A program made the translations under genes and the position numbers. Below the pieces are notes generated by a model. That model did no database searches and was not told the origin of the DNA. It saw only the letters and a list, made by a program, of their open reading frames with translations. Below are positions 19,480 through 28,770 of a stretch of 37,638 nt of DNA, piece after piece. The stretch is from sequence record DRR723986_21240; one strand, 5' to 3'. Numbering within the stretch: position 1 is the stretch's first letter; every line of letters starts with the position of its first letter.

Positions 19480-19917
19480 ATGAAATATTCAAGCGAAATA
19501 CTGATTGATTTGCCTGTTGAAAGAGTCATTGAACTCTTTGACAATGCAGACAATTTGTTTAAATGGCAAGAAAGTTTAGTTAGTTTTGATCATGTTTCAG
19601 GCACACCTGGAGAAGAAGGTGCCATTTCTAAAATGAAATTCAAAACCAAAAAACGTGAAATGGAGATGCAGGAAACAATCATGAAGAAAAACCTTCCACA
19701 TAATTTCAACTTTCTGTACGAAGCAAAAGGAGTACAAAACTGGAATGACAATCGGTTTGAATCGGTTTCAGCATCTCAAACTAAATGGACACAATCAAAT
19801 GTTTTCAAAGGTAAAGGAATGATTAAAGTGTTTATGGCAATTATGCCAGGTATGTTTAGAAAGCAGACCATGAAATATATGCAAGACTTCAAAAAATTTG
19901 CAGAGTCTGAAAAATAA
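19480..19917 (+). CDS. SRPBCC (START/Bet v1-like) family protein
   Basis: IDLPVERVIELFDNADNLFKWQ...G.PG..GA pattern, terminal helix MQDFKKFAE, 145 aa. Confidence 0.82.
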   Translation: MKYSSEILIDLPVERVIELFDNADNLFKWQESLVSFDHVSGTPGEEGAISKMKFKTKKREMEMQETIMKKNLPHNFNFLYEAKGVQNWNDNRFESVSASQTKWTQSNVFKGKGMIKVFMAIMPGMFRKQTMKYMQDFKKFAESEK

Positions 19918-19960
19918 TCATTCAATTTTCTTGAAGGATTTTCGTTATCTCAGAAACCAC

Positions 19961-19968
19961 TACATTTG
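19961..19968 (+). promoter_or_regulatory. Candidate -7 element (TACATTTG) immediately upstream of PAP2 gene
   Basis: Exact TAnnTTTG match, 4 nt before GTG 19973. Confidence 0.45.
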
Positions 19969-19972
19969 ATCG

Positions 19973-20569
19973 GTGCTTGAATCATTAAAACAAATAGATA
20001 CCGAACTTTTCATCATTTTAAACAGTCCTCATACTGATTTGTTGGACAGTATTATGTGGTACGCCAGCACGACCTGGCTTTGGATTCCCTTGTATTTATT
20101 CTTTTTGTATTATGCTTTTCAAAAAGGCGGAATCAAATATCTTGTAATTGTTTTATTGGCGGTTATTTGCTGTGTGGCCATAGCCGATTTAATTTCTGTA
20201 CATGGTTTTAAAAACAACTTTCAAAGATATCGACCTTCTCATAATCTAGATTTAAAGGGGATTGTGCAAACCATTAACAAACCTAATGGAACTGAGTACT
20301 TGGGAGGAAAATATGGTTTTGTAAGTTCACATGCCGCCAATATAACGGCGATTAGCACCTTTATTATCGCCTCATTCAAATCCTTCACTAAAAAGTGGTG
20401 GTTCTTAATTTTATGGGCATGTATTATCATGTATAGCCGAATTTATATGGGCGTTCATTATCCATCAGATATTTTAGGAGGTGCTATATTGGGATTCCTG
20501 ATAGCCATGTTGTTCTATCAACTTTCTAAAAAACTTAAAGCGAAATTTAACGTATCCCTTAATCAATGA
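19973..20569 (+). CDS. PAP2 family membrane phosphatase
   Basis: C1 KNNFQRYRP, C2 FVSSH and C3 SRIYMGVHYPSD motifs, plus hydrophobic helices. Confidence 0.93.
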   Translation: MLESLKQIDTELFIILNSPHTDLLDSIMWYASTTWLWIPLYLFFLYYAFQKGGIKYLVIVLLAVICCVAIADLISVHGFKNNFQRYRPSHNLDLKGIVQTINKPNGTEYLGGKYGFVSSHAANITAISTFIIASFKSFTKKWWFLILWACIIMYSRIYMGVHYPSDILGGAILGFLIAMLFYQLSKKLKAKFNVSLNQ

Positions 20570-20937
20570 GTACAGCAGTGATTGGAACAATGGTATTTTT
20601 AGGAGGTGGCTTAGGCAGTCTTGCACGCTATGGAACGAGCTTGATTTCTTTAAAATTTTACAAAGGTGAATTTCCCTTAGGGACATTACTTGCCAACTTG
20701 ATGGCCTGTCTGATCCTGGGTATAACAGTTTATATCTTCAAAGAAAAACTCATTCAAAATGAATGGATGAAATACTTGATATTAATCGGGTTTTGCGGAG
20801 GTTTTTCAACCTTCTCTACCTTCAGTTTAGATACTTTGAAATTGATGCAAGATCAGTTATATACTTATGCCATCCTGAATATCGGCATCAGTTTAATACT
20901 TGGAATTGGAATTATTTATATCCTCTCAAAAGTTTAA
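20566..20937 (+). CDS. crcB: Fluoride efflux channel CrcB/FluC
   Basis: [19 protein letters not shown] and [12 protein letters not shown] signatures; 123 aa with 4 TM segments. Confidence 0.95.
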   Translation: MSTAVIGTMVFLGGGLGSLARYGTSLISLKFYKGEFPLGTLLANLMACLILGITVYIFKEKLIQNEWMKYLILIGFCGGFSTFSTFSLDTLKLMQDQLYTYAILNIGISLILGIGIIYILSKV

Positions 20938-22544
20938 CCGTTCATAGAAATCAAGAACTCTTCATTTGAAATTGTTCCTTCCATTCTTTCTTTGATGAAC
21001 TCCATTGCTTCAACTGGATTCATATCTGCAAGATATTTTCTTAAAACCCAAATTCGTTGTAAATGCTCTTTTTGCATCAACAAGTCTTCACGTCTTGTAC
21101 CTGAAGCAAGAATGTCAATTGCAGGATAAATTCTTCTGTTCGCAATTTTTCTATCTAACTGCAACTCCATGTTACCTGTTCCTTTGAATTCTTCAAAGAT
21201 TACTTCGTCCATTTTAGAACCAGTTTCTGTAAGTGCTGTTGCCAAAATGGTTAATGATCCACCGTTCTCAATTTTTCTTGCCGCACCAAAGAATCTTTTT
21301 GGCTTGTGCAATGCATTCGCATCAACACCACCAGATAGTACTTTACCTGAAGCCGGTTGAACAGTATTATAGGCTCTTGCCAATCTTGTAATTGAATCTA
21401 ATAGGATAACAACATCATGTCCACATTCTACCATTCGCTTCGATTTCTCTAAAACGATATTGGCTAATTTCACGTGTTTATCTGCTGGCTCATCAAAAGT
21501 TGATGCAACTACCTCAGCATTTACTGATCTCGCCATATCTGTAACCTCCTCAGGACGCTCATCAATTAGCAATACAATCAAATAAACTTCTGGGTGATTT
21601 GCAGCAATGGCATTTGCAACATCCTTTAACAAAACAGTTTTACCCGTTTTAGGTTGAGCGACAATCATCCCTCTTTGTCCTTTTCCAATCGGTGCGAACA
21701 AGTCCATCACTCTTGTTGACATGGTTTCTTTCTTATGACCAGTCAAATTGAATTTTTCTTGCGCGAATAAAGGCGTCAAATATTCGAAAGGAACTCTATC
21801 TCTTACATAAGAAGGCTCTCTTCCGTTTACAGATTCAACAGTAATTAATGGGAAATACTTCTCTCCTTCTTTTGGAGGTCGAATAGCACCTTTCACGGTA
21901 TCACCTCTTTTTAATCCGTATAATTTAATTTGAGATTGAGATACGTAAATATCATCAGGTGAAGGCAAATAGTTATAGTCAGACGATCTCAAGAATCCGT
22001 ATCCATCTTGCATCATATCTAAACAACCTTCAGAAATAACCAATCCATCAAAATTGTATCCGTAAAAATCTTCTTGCGGATTTCTTTTATTCTGATTGTG
22101 ATTCCCTTTCTGGTTTTTGTTTCGGTTATTATCTCTCTTATCGTTACGTTCTTTTCTTTCAGGACGATCTTGATTCTTATTTCTCGGCTCTTTATTTTGA
22201 CCCTTTTGATCTGCTGGTTTATCCGAATCTTGATTCTTATCAGATTTTTCTTCGGTTTTCTTTTCTTCCTTTGCTTCAACCTCAGGTTTCTTAACCTCTT
22301 TCTTTTCAGCTTCAGGCTTCTTCTCTTCTGTTTTAGAAAACAAATCCTCTTCAGGATTACTTTTCATTCTTCTTCTTTTTGGCTTATCAGCTGATGCTTC
22401 TGCTTTCGCATCACCATTTCCATTCCCAGATATGGCATTAATAATTTCTTCTTTCTTCATTCCTTCTGCGCCTGAAATGCCTAATTGCTTTGCAATTTCT
22501 CTTAATTCAGCAACCTTTTTAGTGCTTAATTCTGGATTACTCAT
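20934..22544 (-). CDS. rho: Transcription termination factor Rho with N-terminal low-complexity insertion
   Basis: N-terminal helical domain ([11 protein letters not shown]), RNA-binding GYGFLR...DIYVSQSQ, Walker [30 protein letters not shown] and [10 protein letters not shown]. Confidence 0.98.
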   Translation of the reverse strand: MSNPELSTKKVAELREIAKQLGISGAEGMKKEEIINAISGNGNGDAKAEASADKPKRRRMKSNPEEDLFSKTEEKKPEAEKKEVKKPEVEAKEEKKTEEKSDKNQDSDKPADQKGQNKEPRNKNQDRPERKERNDKRDNNRNKNQKGNHNQNKRNPQEDFYGYNFDGLVISEGCLDMMQDGYGFLRSSDYNYLPSPDDIYVSQSQIKLYGLKRGDTVKGAIRPPKEGEKYFPLITVESVNGREPSYVRDRVPFEYLTPLFAQEKFNLTGHKKETMSTRVMDLFAPIGKGQRGMIVAQPKTGKTVLLKDVANAIAANHPEVYLIVLLIDERPEEVTDMARSVNAEVVASTFDEPADKHVKLANIVLEKSKRMVECGHDVVILLDSITRLARAYNTVQPASGKVLSGGVDANALHKPKRFFGAARKIENGGSLTILATALTETGSKMDEVIFEEFKGTGNMELQLDRKIANRRIYPAIDILASGTRREDLLMQKEHLQRIWVLRKYLADMNPVEAMEFIKERMEGTISNEEFLISMNG

Positions 22545-22763
22545 AAATAGTTTTGATAGTCAATAATTGTTCTGGAAAAATCTGATAAAATGTAGCTACA
22601 TGAATATTGCTACAAGAACTTGTGTGCAATAATACAAATTATATTCTTTCTTACCAGTTCAGTTCAACTTTTTTTCGAACTTTTTAATTTTCCTTGCCAA
22701 CTTCATTGAATGTTCGGATTATGAACGCTATTTTTAGACTTCAATTATATTAAAACTAAACGA

Positions 22764-24152
22764 GTGACTTTAATAAAATCTATTTCTGGAATAAGAGGAA
22801 CAATAGGAGGAAAACCTGGACAAGGATTGACTCCATTAGACGCAGTAAAATTCTCATCAGCATACGGTACCTGGATTAAAAACCGAAATTCGAATGCTCA
22901 ATGTAAGATAGTAATCGGCAGAGATGCGCGTCTTTCTGGAAAAATGATTAGCAATTTAGTTGCCTCTACCTTACAAGGTTTGGGAATAGATGTTATTGAT
23001 CTTGACTTATCCACTACTCCAACAGTTGAAATTGCTGTTCCAATGGAAAAAGCTCAAGGCGGTATCATTATTACCGCAAGTCACAATCCCAAGCAATGGA
23101 ATGCACTAAAGTTATTGAATGAAAGAGGGGAATTCATTTCAGATTTAGACGGAAAAGAGATTTTGAACTTAGCTGAGCAAGATGCATTTGAGTATGCAGA
23201 GGTAGATGATTTAGGCACACTTACAGAAGACAATAGTTATCTGCAAAAACACATACAATCAGTTTTAGATTTAGAATTGGTGGATGCAGATTTAATAAGA
23301 AAATCAAATTTCAATGTTGTTGTAGATGGGGTGAATTCAACTGGAGGGATTTTTATGCCTGCATTATTAAAGGCTTTAGGGGTGATGCAAGTAACCGAAT
23401 TGTATTGTGACCCTACAGGACATTTCCCACACAACCCTGAACCTTTGCCAGAGAACCTAACAGCCATTTCAGACAAGATTAAAGAAACTGGCGCAGATTT
23501 GGGTATTGTTGTAGATCCAGATGTTGACCGACTGGCTTTCGTTTGTGAAGACGGCTCTATGTTTGGAGAAGAATATACATTAGTTGCCATTGCCGATTAC
23601 GTGCTTCAAAACACTCCTGGAAATACGGTTTCAAATTTATCATCCACCATTTCATTAAGAGAAGTAACCAATAAATATGAAGGGTGCAATTATGAGGCAG
23701 CAGCAGTAGGAGAAGTTAATGTGGTCAACAAAATGAAATCAACTGATGCAGTGATTGGTGGCGAAGGAAACGGAGGGGTAATATATCCTGCCTCACATTA
23801 TGGCAGAGATGCTTTGGTTGGAACAGCTCTGTTTTTGACTCATTTAGCCAAAACTCAATTATCAGTTAAACAGTTAAGGAATACTTATCCTAACTATTTT
23901 ATCTCAAAGAATAAAATTCAATTAGAAGCAGGAATGGATGTGGATGGCATTTTAGCAAATGTCGCTCAAGAATTTTCTGATAAAGAGGTTGATACCACAG
24001 ATGGTGTTAAAATTTACTTTGGATCAGAATGGGTGCATTTAAGAAAGAGTAACACCGAGCCAATTATCAGAATTTACTCTGAAAGTGCGTCTGAAGATAA
24101 AGCAAATCAATTGGCTGAAAACATCATGGATCGGATACGAGCACACGCCTAA
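22764..24152 (+). CDS. glmM: Phosphoglucosamine mutase / alpha-D-phosphohexomutase
   Basis: SGIRG, GRDAR, catalytic TASHNP, metal loop DPDVDR, GGEGNGG and RKSNTEPIIRIY. Exact sugar specificity (GlmM vs PMM) cannot be proven from sequence. Confidence 0.85.
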   Translation: MTLIKSISGIRGTIGGKPGQGLTPLDAVKFSSAYGTWIKNRNSNAQCKIVIGRDARLSGKMISNLVASTLQGLGIDVIDLDLSTTPTVEIAVPMEKAQGGIIITASHNPKQWNALKLLNERGEFISDLDGKEILNLAEQDAFEYAEVDDLGTLTEDNSYLQKHIQSVLDLELVDADLIRKSNFNVVVDGVNSTGGIFMPALLKALGVMQVTELYCDPTGHFPHNPEPLPENLTAISDKIKETGADLGIVVDPDVDRLAFVCEDGSMFGEEYTLVAIADYVLQNTPGNTVSNLSSTISLREVTNKYEGCNYEAAAVGEVNVVNKMKSTDAVIGGEGNGGVIYPASHYGRDALVGTALFLTHLAKTQLSVKQLRNTYPNYFISKNKIQLEAGMDVDGILANVAQEFSDKEVDTTDGVKIYFGSEWVHLRKSNTEPIIRIYSESASEDKANQLAENIMDRIRAHA

Positions 24153-24237
24153 GATAGGCTGGCACGATTTTCTCATTAGGAGTCCATATTAACCGATTTA
24201 GAGCCAAGGTTATTAACAATTGTTGATAAACTAATTG

Positions 24238-24275
24238 CTGAAATCCCACGTTTTTCGGGATTTTCAGTTATTTTC
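24238..24275 (+). terminator. Possible hairpin/terminator between glmM and TPR gene
   Basis: CTGAAATCCC...GGGATTTTCAG imperfect stem followed by TTATTTTC. Confidence 0.35.
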
Positions 24276-24300
24276 ATGCTCCATTTAAAAAATTATAATT

Positions 24301-25398
24301 GTGAAGAAATTATTACTAACCCTTGCTATTTCTTTAACAGGGATCATGTCGTTTGCACAGCCAGATGACGAATTAACTCCTGAAGAAAAAGCTTATCGCG
24401 ATTCAATCGCAAATCTAAATGAAACCAACGCGGCAATTGAGAAATCACAAAACGCCTATAATGCCGGTATCGAACTTTTCAAACAAGAAAAATACGAAGG
24501 TGCCATCAACAAATTTTCAGAATCAATAGCAGCTGACCCGAATTTTACACCTGCTTATTACAACAAGGCAATTGCCGAAAATAAGTCAGAGAAATATGGA
24601 CAAGCCATCAAAACATTGGATGCTTTGATTGCGAAAAAGCCAGATTACTCGAAGGCATATTTTCAAAGAGGTAGAGCCTATCAAGGTAAGAAGGACTTCT
24701 TGAGCGCTGAAAAAGATTATGAAAAGTCTGTTGCTCTGGACCCTAAAAACCCTAAAGCCTATTATAATTTTGGTACGCTTCAATTCTTACAAAAAGATTA
24801 CGAGAGCGCGATTATACAGTTCAGTAAAGTAATTGAATTGGACCCGAATAATGCCTATGCATATAACGATAGGGGCTCTTGCTATCGGATGTTAGAAAAA
24901 TATCCTCAAGCAGTTAAGGATTATGAAGAAGCGGCTAGAAAAAATGCGAATTTGGCCTTTGTTTTAAATAATATTGGAACGACTAAAACAAAAATGAAAT
25001 CTTATGAAGATGCATTGAAAGACTTTAACAGAGCGCTATCTATAGATGCTAAATTCTATTTAGCCTATAACAATAGAGGCGTTACCGAAATGAAAATGGA
25101 CAGATATACGGATGCCATTAAAGATTTCACTAAGTGTATAGAAATCAACGCAAATTACGCACCAGCCTATAGTAACCGAGCAGGAGCATATTTTAAAAAT
25201 GGAGAATATGCTAAAGCGAAAGCAGATGCTGACAAAGCGATTTCTCTTGACAAAAATTTTGCTGATGCCTATGTAAATAGAGGAATGGCGAAAGAAATGC
25301 TAAGAGACTTAGAAGGTGCTTGCGAGGACTGGCACAAGGCCAAAGAACTTGGTTCAGAATTAGGAAAAAGCTACAAGGCTTCAAATTGTTCAAATTAA
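24301..25398 (+). CDS. Exported tetratricopeptide repeat protein
   Basis: Signal peptide; about 8-9 34-aa repeats AYxNRG...Y..A..D...AI.LDP; C-terminal ACEDWHKAKELG. Confidence 0.93.
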   Translation: MKKLLLTLAISLTGIMSFAQPDDELTPEEKAYRDSIANLNETNAAIEKSQNAYNAGIELFKQEKYEGAINKFSESIAADPNFTPAYYNKAIAENKSEKYGQAIKTLDALIAKKPDYSKAYFQRGRAYQGKKDFLSAEKDYEKSVALDPKNPKAYYNFGTLQFLQKDYESAIIQFSKVIELDPNNAYAYNDRGSCYRMLEKYPQAVKDYEEAARKNANLAFVLNNIGTTKTKMKSYEDALKDFNRALSIDAKFYLAYNNRGVTEMKMDRYTDAIKDFTKCIEINANYAPAYSNRAGAYFKNGEYAKAKADADKAISLDKNFADAYVNRGMAKEMLRDLEGACEDWHKAKELGSELGKSYKASNCSN

Positions 25399-25423
25399 TA
25401 ACGGTAAATCAAAATAAAACAAG

Positions 25424-27496
25424 ATGAAAAATTTATTATCAATCATTCTATTAGGTTTTGGTTTTACTGTTTTCGGACAAGATGTAGAATTCAAAGCAGC
25501 AAATTTTAAAGACGACAAAGACGGTTTCAAAACGGCAAAAGATGCCTTTGATGCTGGAAGTGAAGACTGGGAACTCGGAAATGAAGCCGTGTTTCAGGTT
25601 CAAGATCCAGAGCTATATTATTGGAAAGCGCTTAAAAATTTCGAGATAGCCTATAAATTCAACCCAAATAGTGCAGAACTAAATTTTAAAATGGGAGTTT
25701 GTTATGCGCACTCTAGCTACAAACAAAAGTCAATTGCATTTTTCGAAAAAGCTCATGAATTAAACCATGACATCCATCCGTTTATGGATTATTACATGGG
25801 ATTAGCCATGCAGTTAAGCTATAAGTTTGATGAAGCTTTAAGATACTATCAAACATTCGAAGCAGAGTATAAAAAAGCAGATCGTTTCGGTAAATTCGTG
25901 AAGCAAAGAAAACTAGAATGTACTTCTGGAAAAAAACTCCATGCTGATCCAATAAGAGCTTGGGTGGATCACGTTCCTGAACTGAGCACTGAATATAACG
26001 ATTATGCTCCAACAGTAACTATGGACGGTGAAGAGATGATTTTAACTTCAGATAGACCAAATGAACACACTCCAGATGAAGTTGGACGTTATGATGACGA
26101 CATTTATACATCCACTATGGTTGATGGGAAATGGCAAAAAGCTCAGCCTATCAAAGGAAGAGTTAATACTGAAAAGGATGACATTTCAAATAACTACTCA
26201 TATAACGGAACCAAGATGTTGATGTGCAAGGTCAACTCTGCAGGAAATTTTGACATTTATGAAACTTTCTTAAAAGGTGATACATGGTCTGAGCCAATTG
26301 GTTTTTCAAGAAATATTAACCTGAAATCAAATGACATTTACGCTTCATACAATTTCAACGATAAACTGATCTATTATTCTAAGGATAAAGATGGTGGACA
26401 AAATGGATTTGACATTATGGTGTCTGGTGTGATGAATCGTAAAAACCGTGAATACGGATTACCAAACAGAGAAATGTCGGTTTCATCAAACTTTAATGAT
26501 GGACCTGTTTACCTTCACCCTGATGGTAAAACCATGTATTTTGCTTCTGAAGGATTTAATTCAATGGGTGGATATGATATTTACTATGCTAAGAAAGAAA
26601 AAAGTGGATACTGGGGTAAACCTGTGAATATGGGATACCCGATCAACACACCTTATGATGATTTCTTTTTTGCAGCCACTGCAAATGGTAAATACGCTTA
26701 TATTGCTTCAAATAGAGAAGGTGGTAAAGGTGGATACGATATCTACAAAGCTATTTTCTGGGGACCAGAAAAAGATCCTGCTTTAGCGACACAAGATTAC
26801 CTCTTGGCCTCAATTGCTAAGCCTATTCAAGATCCTGAATTAGCTGCCGAAGTTAAGGTAACTACCTCTGCAAATTTGACAGTGTTTAAGGGTAAAACTT
26901 TAGATGCCTTAACAAAGAAAGCTGTTGAAGCGGTAATTGAAATTACAGATAACAAAACCGGTAAAGTAACCGAGAAATTCACAACTAACTCGGCGACAGG
27001 TAAATTCTTAATTTCATTGCCTTCTGGAGGAAATTATGGAATTGCTGTAAAAGCAGATGGCTACCTTTTCCATTCTGAAAATTTTGACATCCCTTCTGGT
27101 TCAGCATACAACATGGTGAATAAAGTAATTGAATTAAAGAACATTAAGATTGGAAGTAAAATTGCTTTAAGAAACATCTTCTTTGATACTGGAAAGTCGG
27201 CATTACGTCCTGAATCAAATGCAGAGTTAGATCGATTAGTGAAACTGATGAAAGATGTTCCAAGTTTAAAAATTGAACTTTCAGGGCATACAGATAATAC
27301 TGGTTCAGCTCAAGGAAACGTTAAACTTTCACAAGAAAGAGCTGAGGCTGTTGTAAACTATTTAGTCTCTAAAGGGATTAATAAGTCAAGAATGACTGCA
27401 AAAGGTTATGGTTCTGACAGACCAATTGCATCTAACGATACTTCTGACGGAAGACAAGAAAATAGAAGAACTGAATTCGAAATTACAGGAAACTAA
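25424..27496 (+). CDS. OmpA-family protein with TPR, PD40 beta-propeller and carboxypeptidase-regulatory-like domains (PorE-like architecture)
   Basis: TPR helices, PD40 motifs (HPDGKTMYFAS..GGYDIY, NMGYPINTPYDD) and OmpA_C (IELSGHTD...LSQERA...NRRTEF). Confidence 0.9.
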   Translation: MKNLLSIILLGFGFTVFGQDVEFKAANFKDDKDGFKTAKDAFDAGSEDWELGNEAVFQVQDPELYYWKALKNFEIAYKFNPNSAELNFKMGVCYAHSSYKQKSIAFFEKAHELNHDIHPFMDYYMGLAMQLSYKFDEALRYYQTFEAEYKKADRFGKFVKQRKLECTSGKKLHADPIRAWVDHVPELSTEYNDYAPTVTMDGEEMILTSDRPNEHTPDEVGRYDDDIYTSTMVDGKWQKAQPIKGRVNTEKDDISNNYSYNGTKMLMCKVNSAGNFDIYETFLKGDTWSEPIGFSRNINLKSNDIYASYNFNDKLIYYSKDKDGGQNGFDIMVSGVMNRKNREYGLPNREMSVSSNFNDGPVYLHPDGKTMYFASEGFNSMGGYDIYYAKKEKSGYWGKPVNMGYPINTPYDDFFFAATANGKYAYIASNREGGKGGYDIYKAIFWGPEKDPALATQDYLLASIAKPIQDPELAAEVKVTTSANLTVFKGKTLDALTKKAVEAVIEITDNKTGKVTEKFTTNSATGKFLISLPSGGNYGIAVKADGYLFHSENFDIPSGSAYNMVNKVIELKNIKIGSKIALRNIFFDTGKSALRPESNAELDRLVKLMKDVPSLKIELSGHTDNTGSAQGNVKLSQERAEAVVNYLVSKGINKSRMTAKGYGSDRPIASNDTSDGRQENRRTEFEITGN

Positions 27497-27514
27497 TACT
27501 TTCGAACTAAATTT

Positions 27515-27550
27515 AAAGCCCGATTCTGATTCAGTTTCGGGCTTTTTTTT
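27515..27550 (+). terminator. Intrinsic terminator after OmpA/PD40 gene
   Basis: AAAGCCCGA...TCGGGCTTT stem followed by a T-run. Confidence 0.85.
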
Positions 27551-27554
27551 GATT

Positions 27555-27562
27555 TAATTTTG
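27555..27562 (+). promoter_or_regulatory. Candidate -7 element (TAATTTTG) for second OmpA gene
   Basis: TAnnTTTG match just after the terminator, 14 nt before ATG 27577. Confidence 0.4.
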
Positions 27563-27576
27563 TACTTTCAAAGCGC

Positions 27577-28770
27577 ATGAAATGGATAAGTATCTTGGTT
27601 TTTCTGTTGAGTTTTGCCTCTTCTGCTCAGGACTTGGTTGGCAAATGGATTGGCGTCACCACTCAAGAACCTAACCGCGAATTCTATTTTGAAATCAACG
27701 TTTTACATGATGGTGGAAATCAATATCATGGAACAACAGTTATCAAAGAAGAACAATCGGGAAATTACGGTGTTATCAAATACACTGCTACTTTTGAAAA
27801 CAATCTTTTCACTTTTAAAGAGTCAGCCATTACTCATGAGGATAAATCTAAAGAAGATGGTTACTGGAAATCAAACAATTTTAACTGGTGCATTAAAGAA
27901 GGTCAGCTTAAACTAACAGAAACTAAAAATGAACTAGTTCTAAACGGCCCTTGGACTTCTTCTACAGGAACTTGCAAGCCCGGTGGAATAAAAGTCAGCA
28001 AGAACATTGAATCGCATGAATCGAACAATGAATTAGATGATTGTCTCGGTTCACCCAATTCAGCCGATTTTCTTTACGGAATGTGGAGCGGTGTTTTTAA
28101 TCAATACTCATGTAATATCGACAACTCGTATAAAATGTTTTTGTTGATTGATGAAATTGACGGATTAAAATTCAGTGGAGCATTTATTTGGCCTTCAAAT
28201 GGCTATCATACCGACAGCAGATCAACACTTGAAGGAGAAATAAAAAATGGAAAAATCTATCTCTACGAAGACAATATTATTTCTGGCAGTGGATTGGTAC
28301 TTAACGGAATTTATGAGGCTAAGATCATTAGTTGTGATGAAATAGCAGGAATTTGGTATCTGAGAAAGTATCAATCTGGAGGATGCAACCAACCTCATGT
28401 CTTAAAGGATGGCGGTAATTTTAATTTGGATCATTATAAGATTCCTACGGTATATTTTGATCATGAATCAAAAGAATTGAGTAAAAAGTCGGTTCAAGAC
28501 CTAACTGACTTTGCAGATTTTATGAAAAAGTTCAACAACCTCAAAATTGAATTAGACGGTCATACAGACAATACTGGAAGCAATGCATTTAACCTAATTT
28601 TATCTAATGAACGATCTATAGTTGTGAGAGATTTTCTGATTTCTAAAGGAATTTCAAGTTCAAGAATTAGCATCAAACACTTTGCTCAAACCAAACCAGC
28701 TGAATCAAACGATACGGATAAAGGGAGAGCTTTGAATAGGCGAACTGAAATTGTTGTGATTAAGAAGTAA
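27577..28770 (+). CDS. OmpA-family protein with two N-terminal beta-rich domains
   Basis: Signal peptide; C-terminal VYFD...IELDGHTD...LSNERS...NRRTEI. Confidence 0.88.
   Translation: MKWISILVFLLSFASSAQDLVGKWIGVTTQEPNREFYFEINVLHDGGNQYHGTTVIKEEQSGNYGVIKYTATFENNLFTFKESAITHEDKSKEDGYWKSNNFNWCIKEGQLKLTETKNELVLNGPWTSSTGTCKPGGIKVSKNIESHESNNELDDCLGSPNSADFLYGMWSGVFNQYSCNIDNSYKMFLLIDEIDGLKFSGAFIWPSNGYHTDSRSTLEGEIKNGKIYLYEDNIISGSGLVLNGIYEAKIISCDEIAGIWYLRKYQSGGCNQPHVLKDGGNFNLDHYKIPTVYFDHESKELSKKSVQDLTDFADFMKKFNNLKIELDGHTDNTGSNAFNLILSNERSIVVRDFLISKGISSSRISIKHFAQTKPAESNDTDKGRALNRRTEIVVIKK

Noticed and set aside
20480-20566. Fluoride riboswitch upstream of crcB
   Set aside because: crcB overlaps the PAP2 stop (ATGA), so it has no leader, and no riboswitch-like motif is seen.
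22019-22394. ORFs 22074-22394 (+) and 22019-22279 (-)
   Set aside because: Shadow frames produced by the low-complexity A-rich Rho insert.
22590-22614. Short palindromes (ATGTAGCTACAT; TGTAGC...GCTACA) in the rho leader
   Set aside because: Could relate to rho autoregulation but are too short to distinguish from chance.
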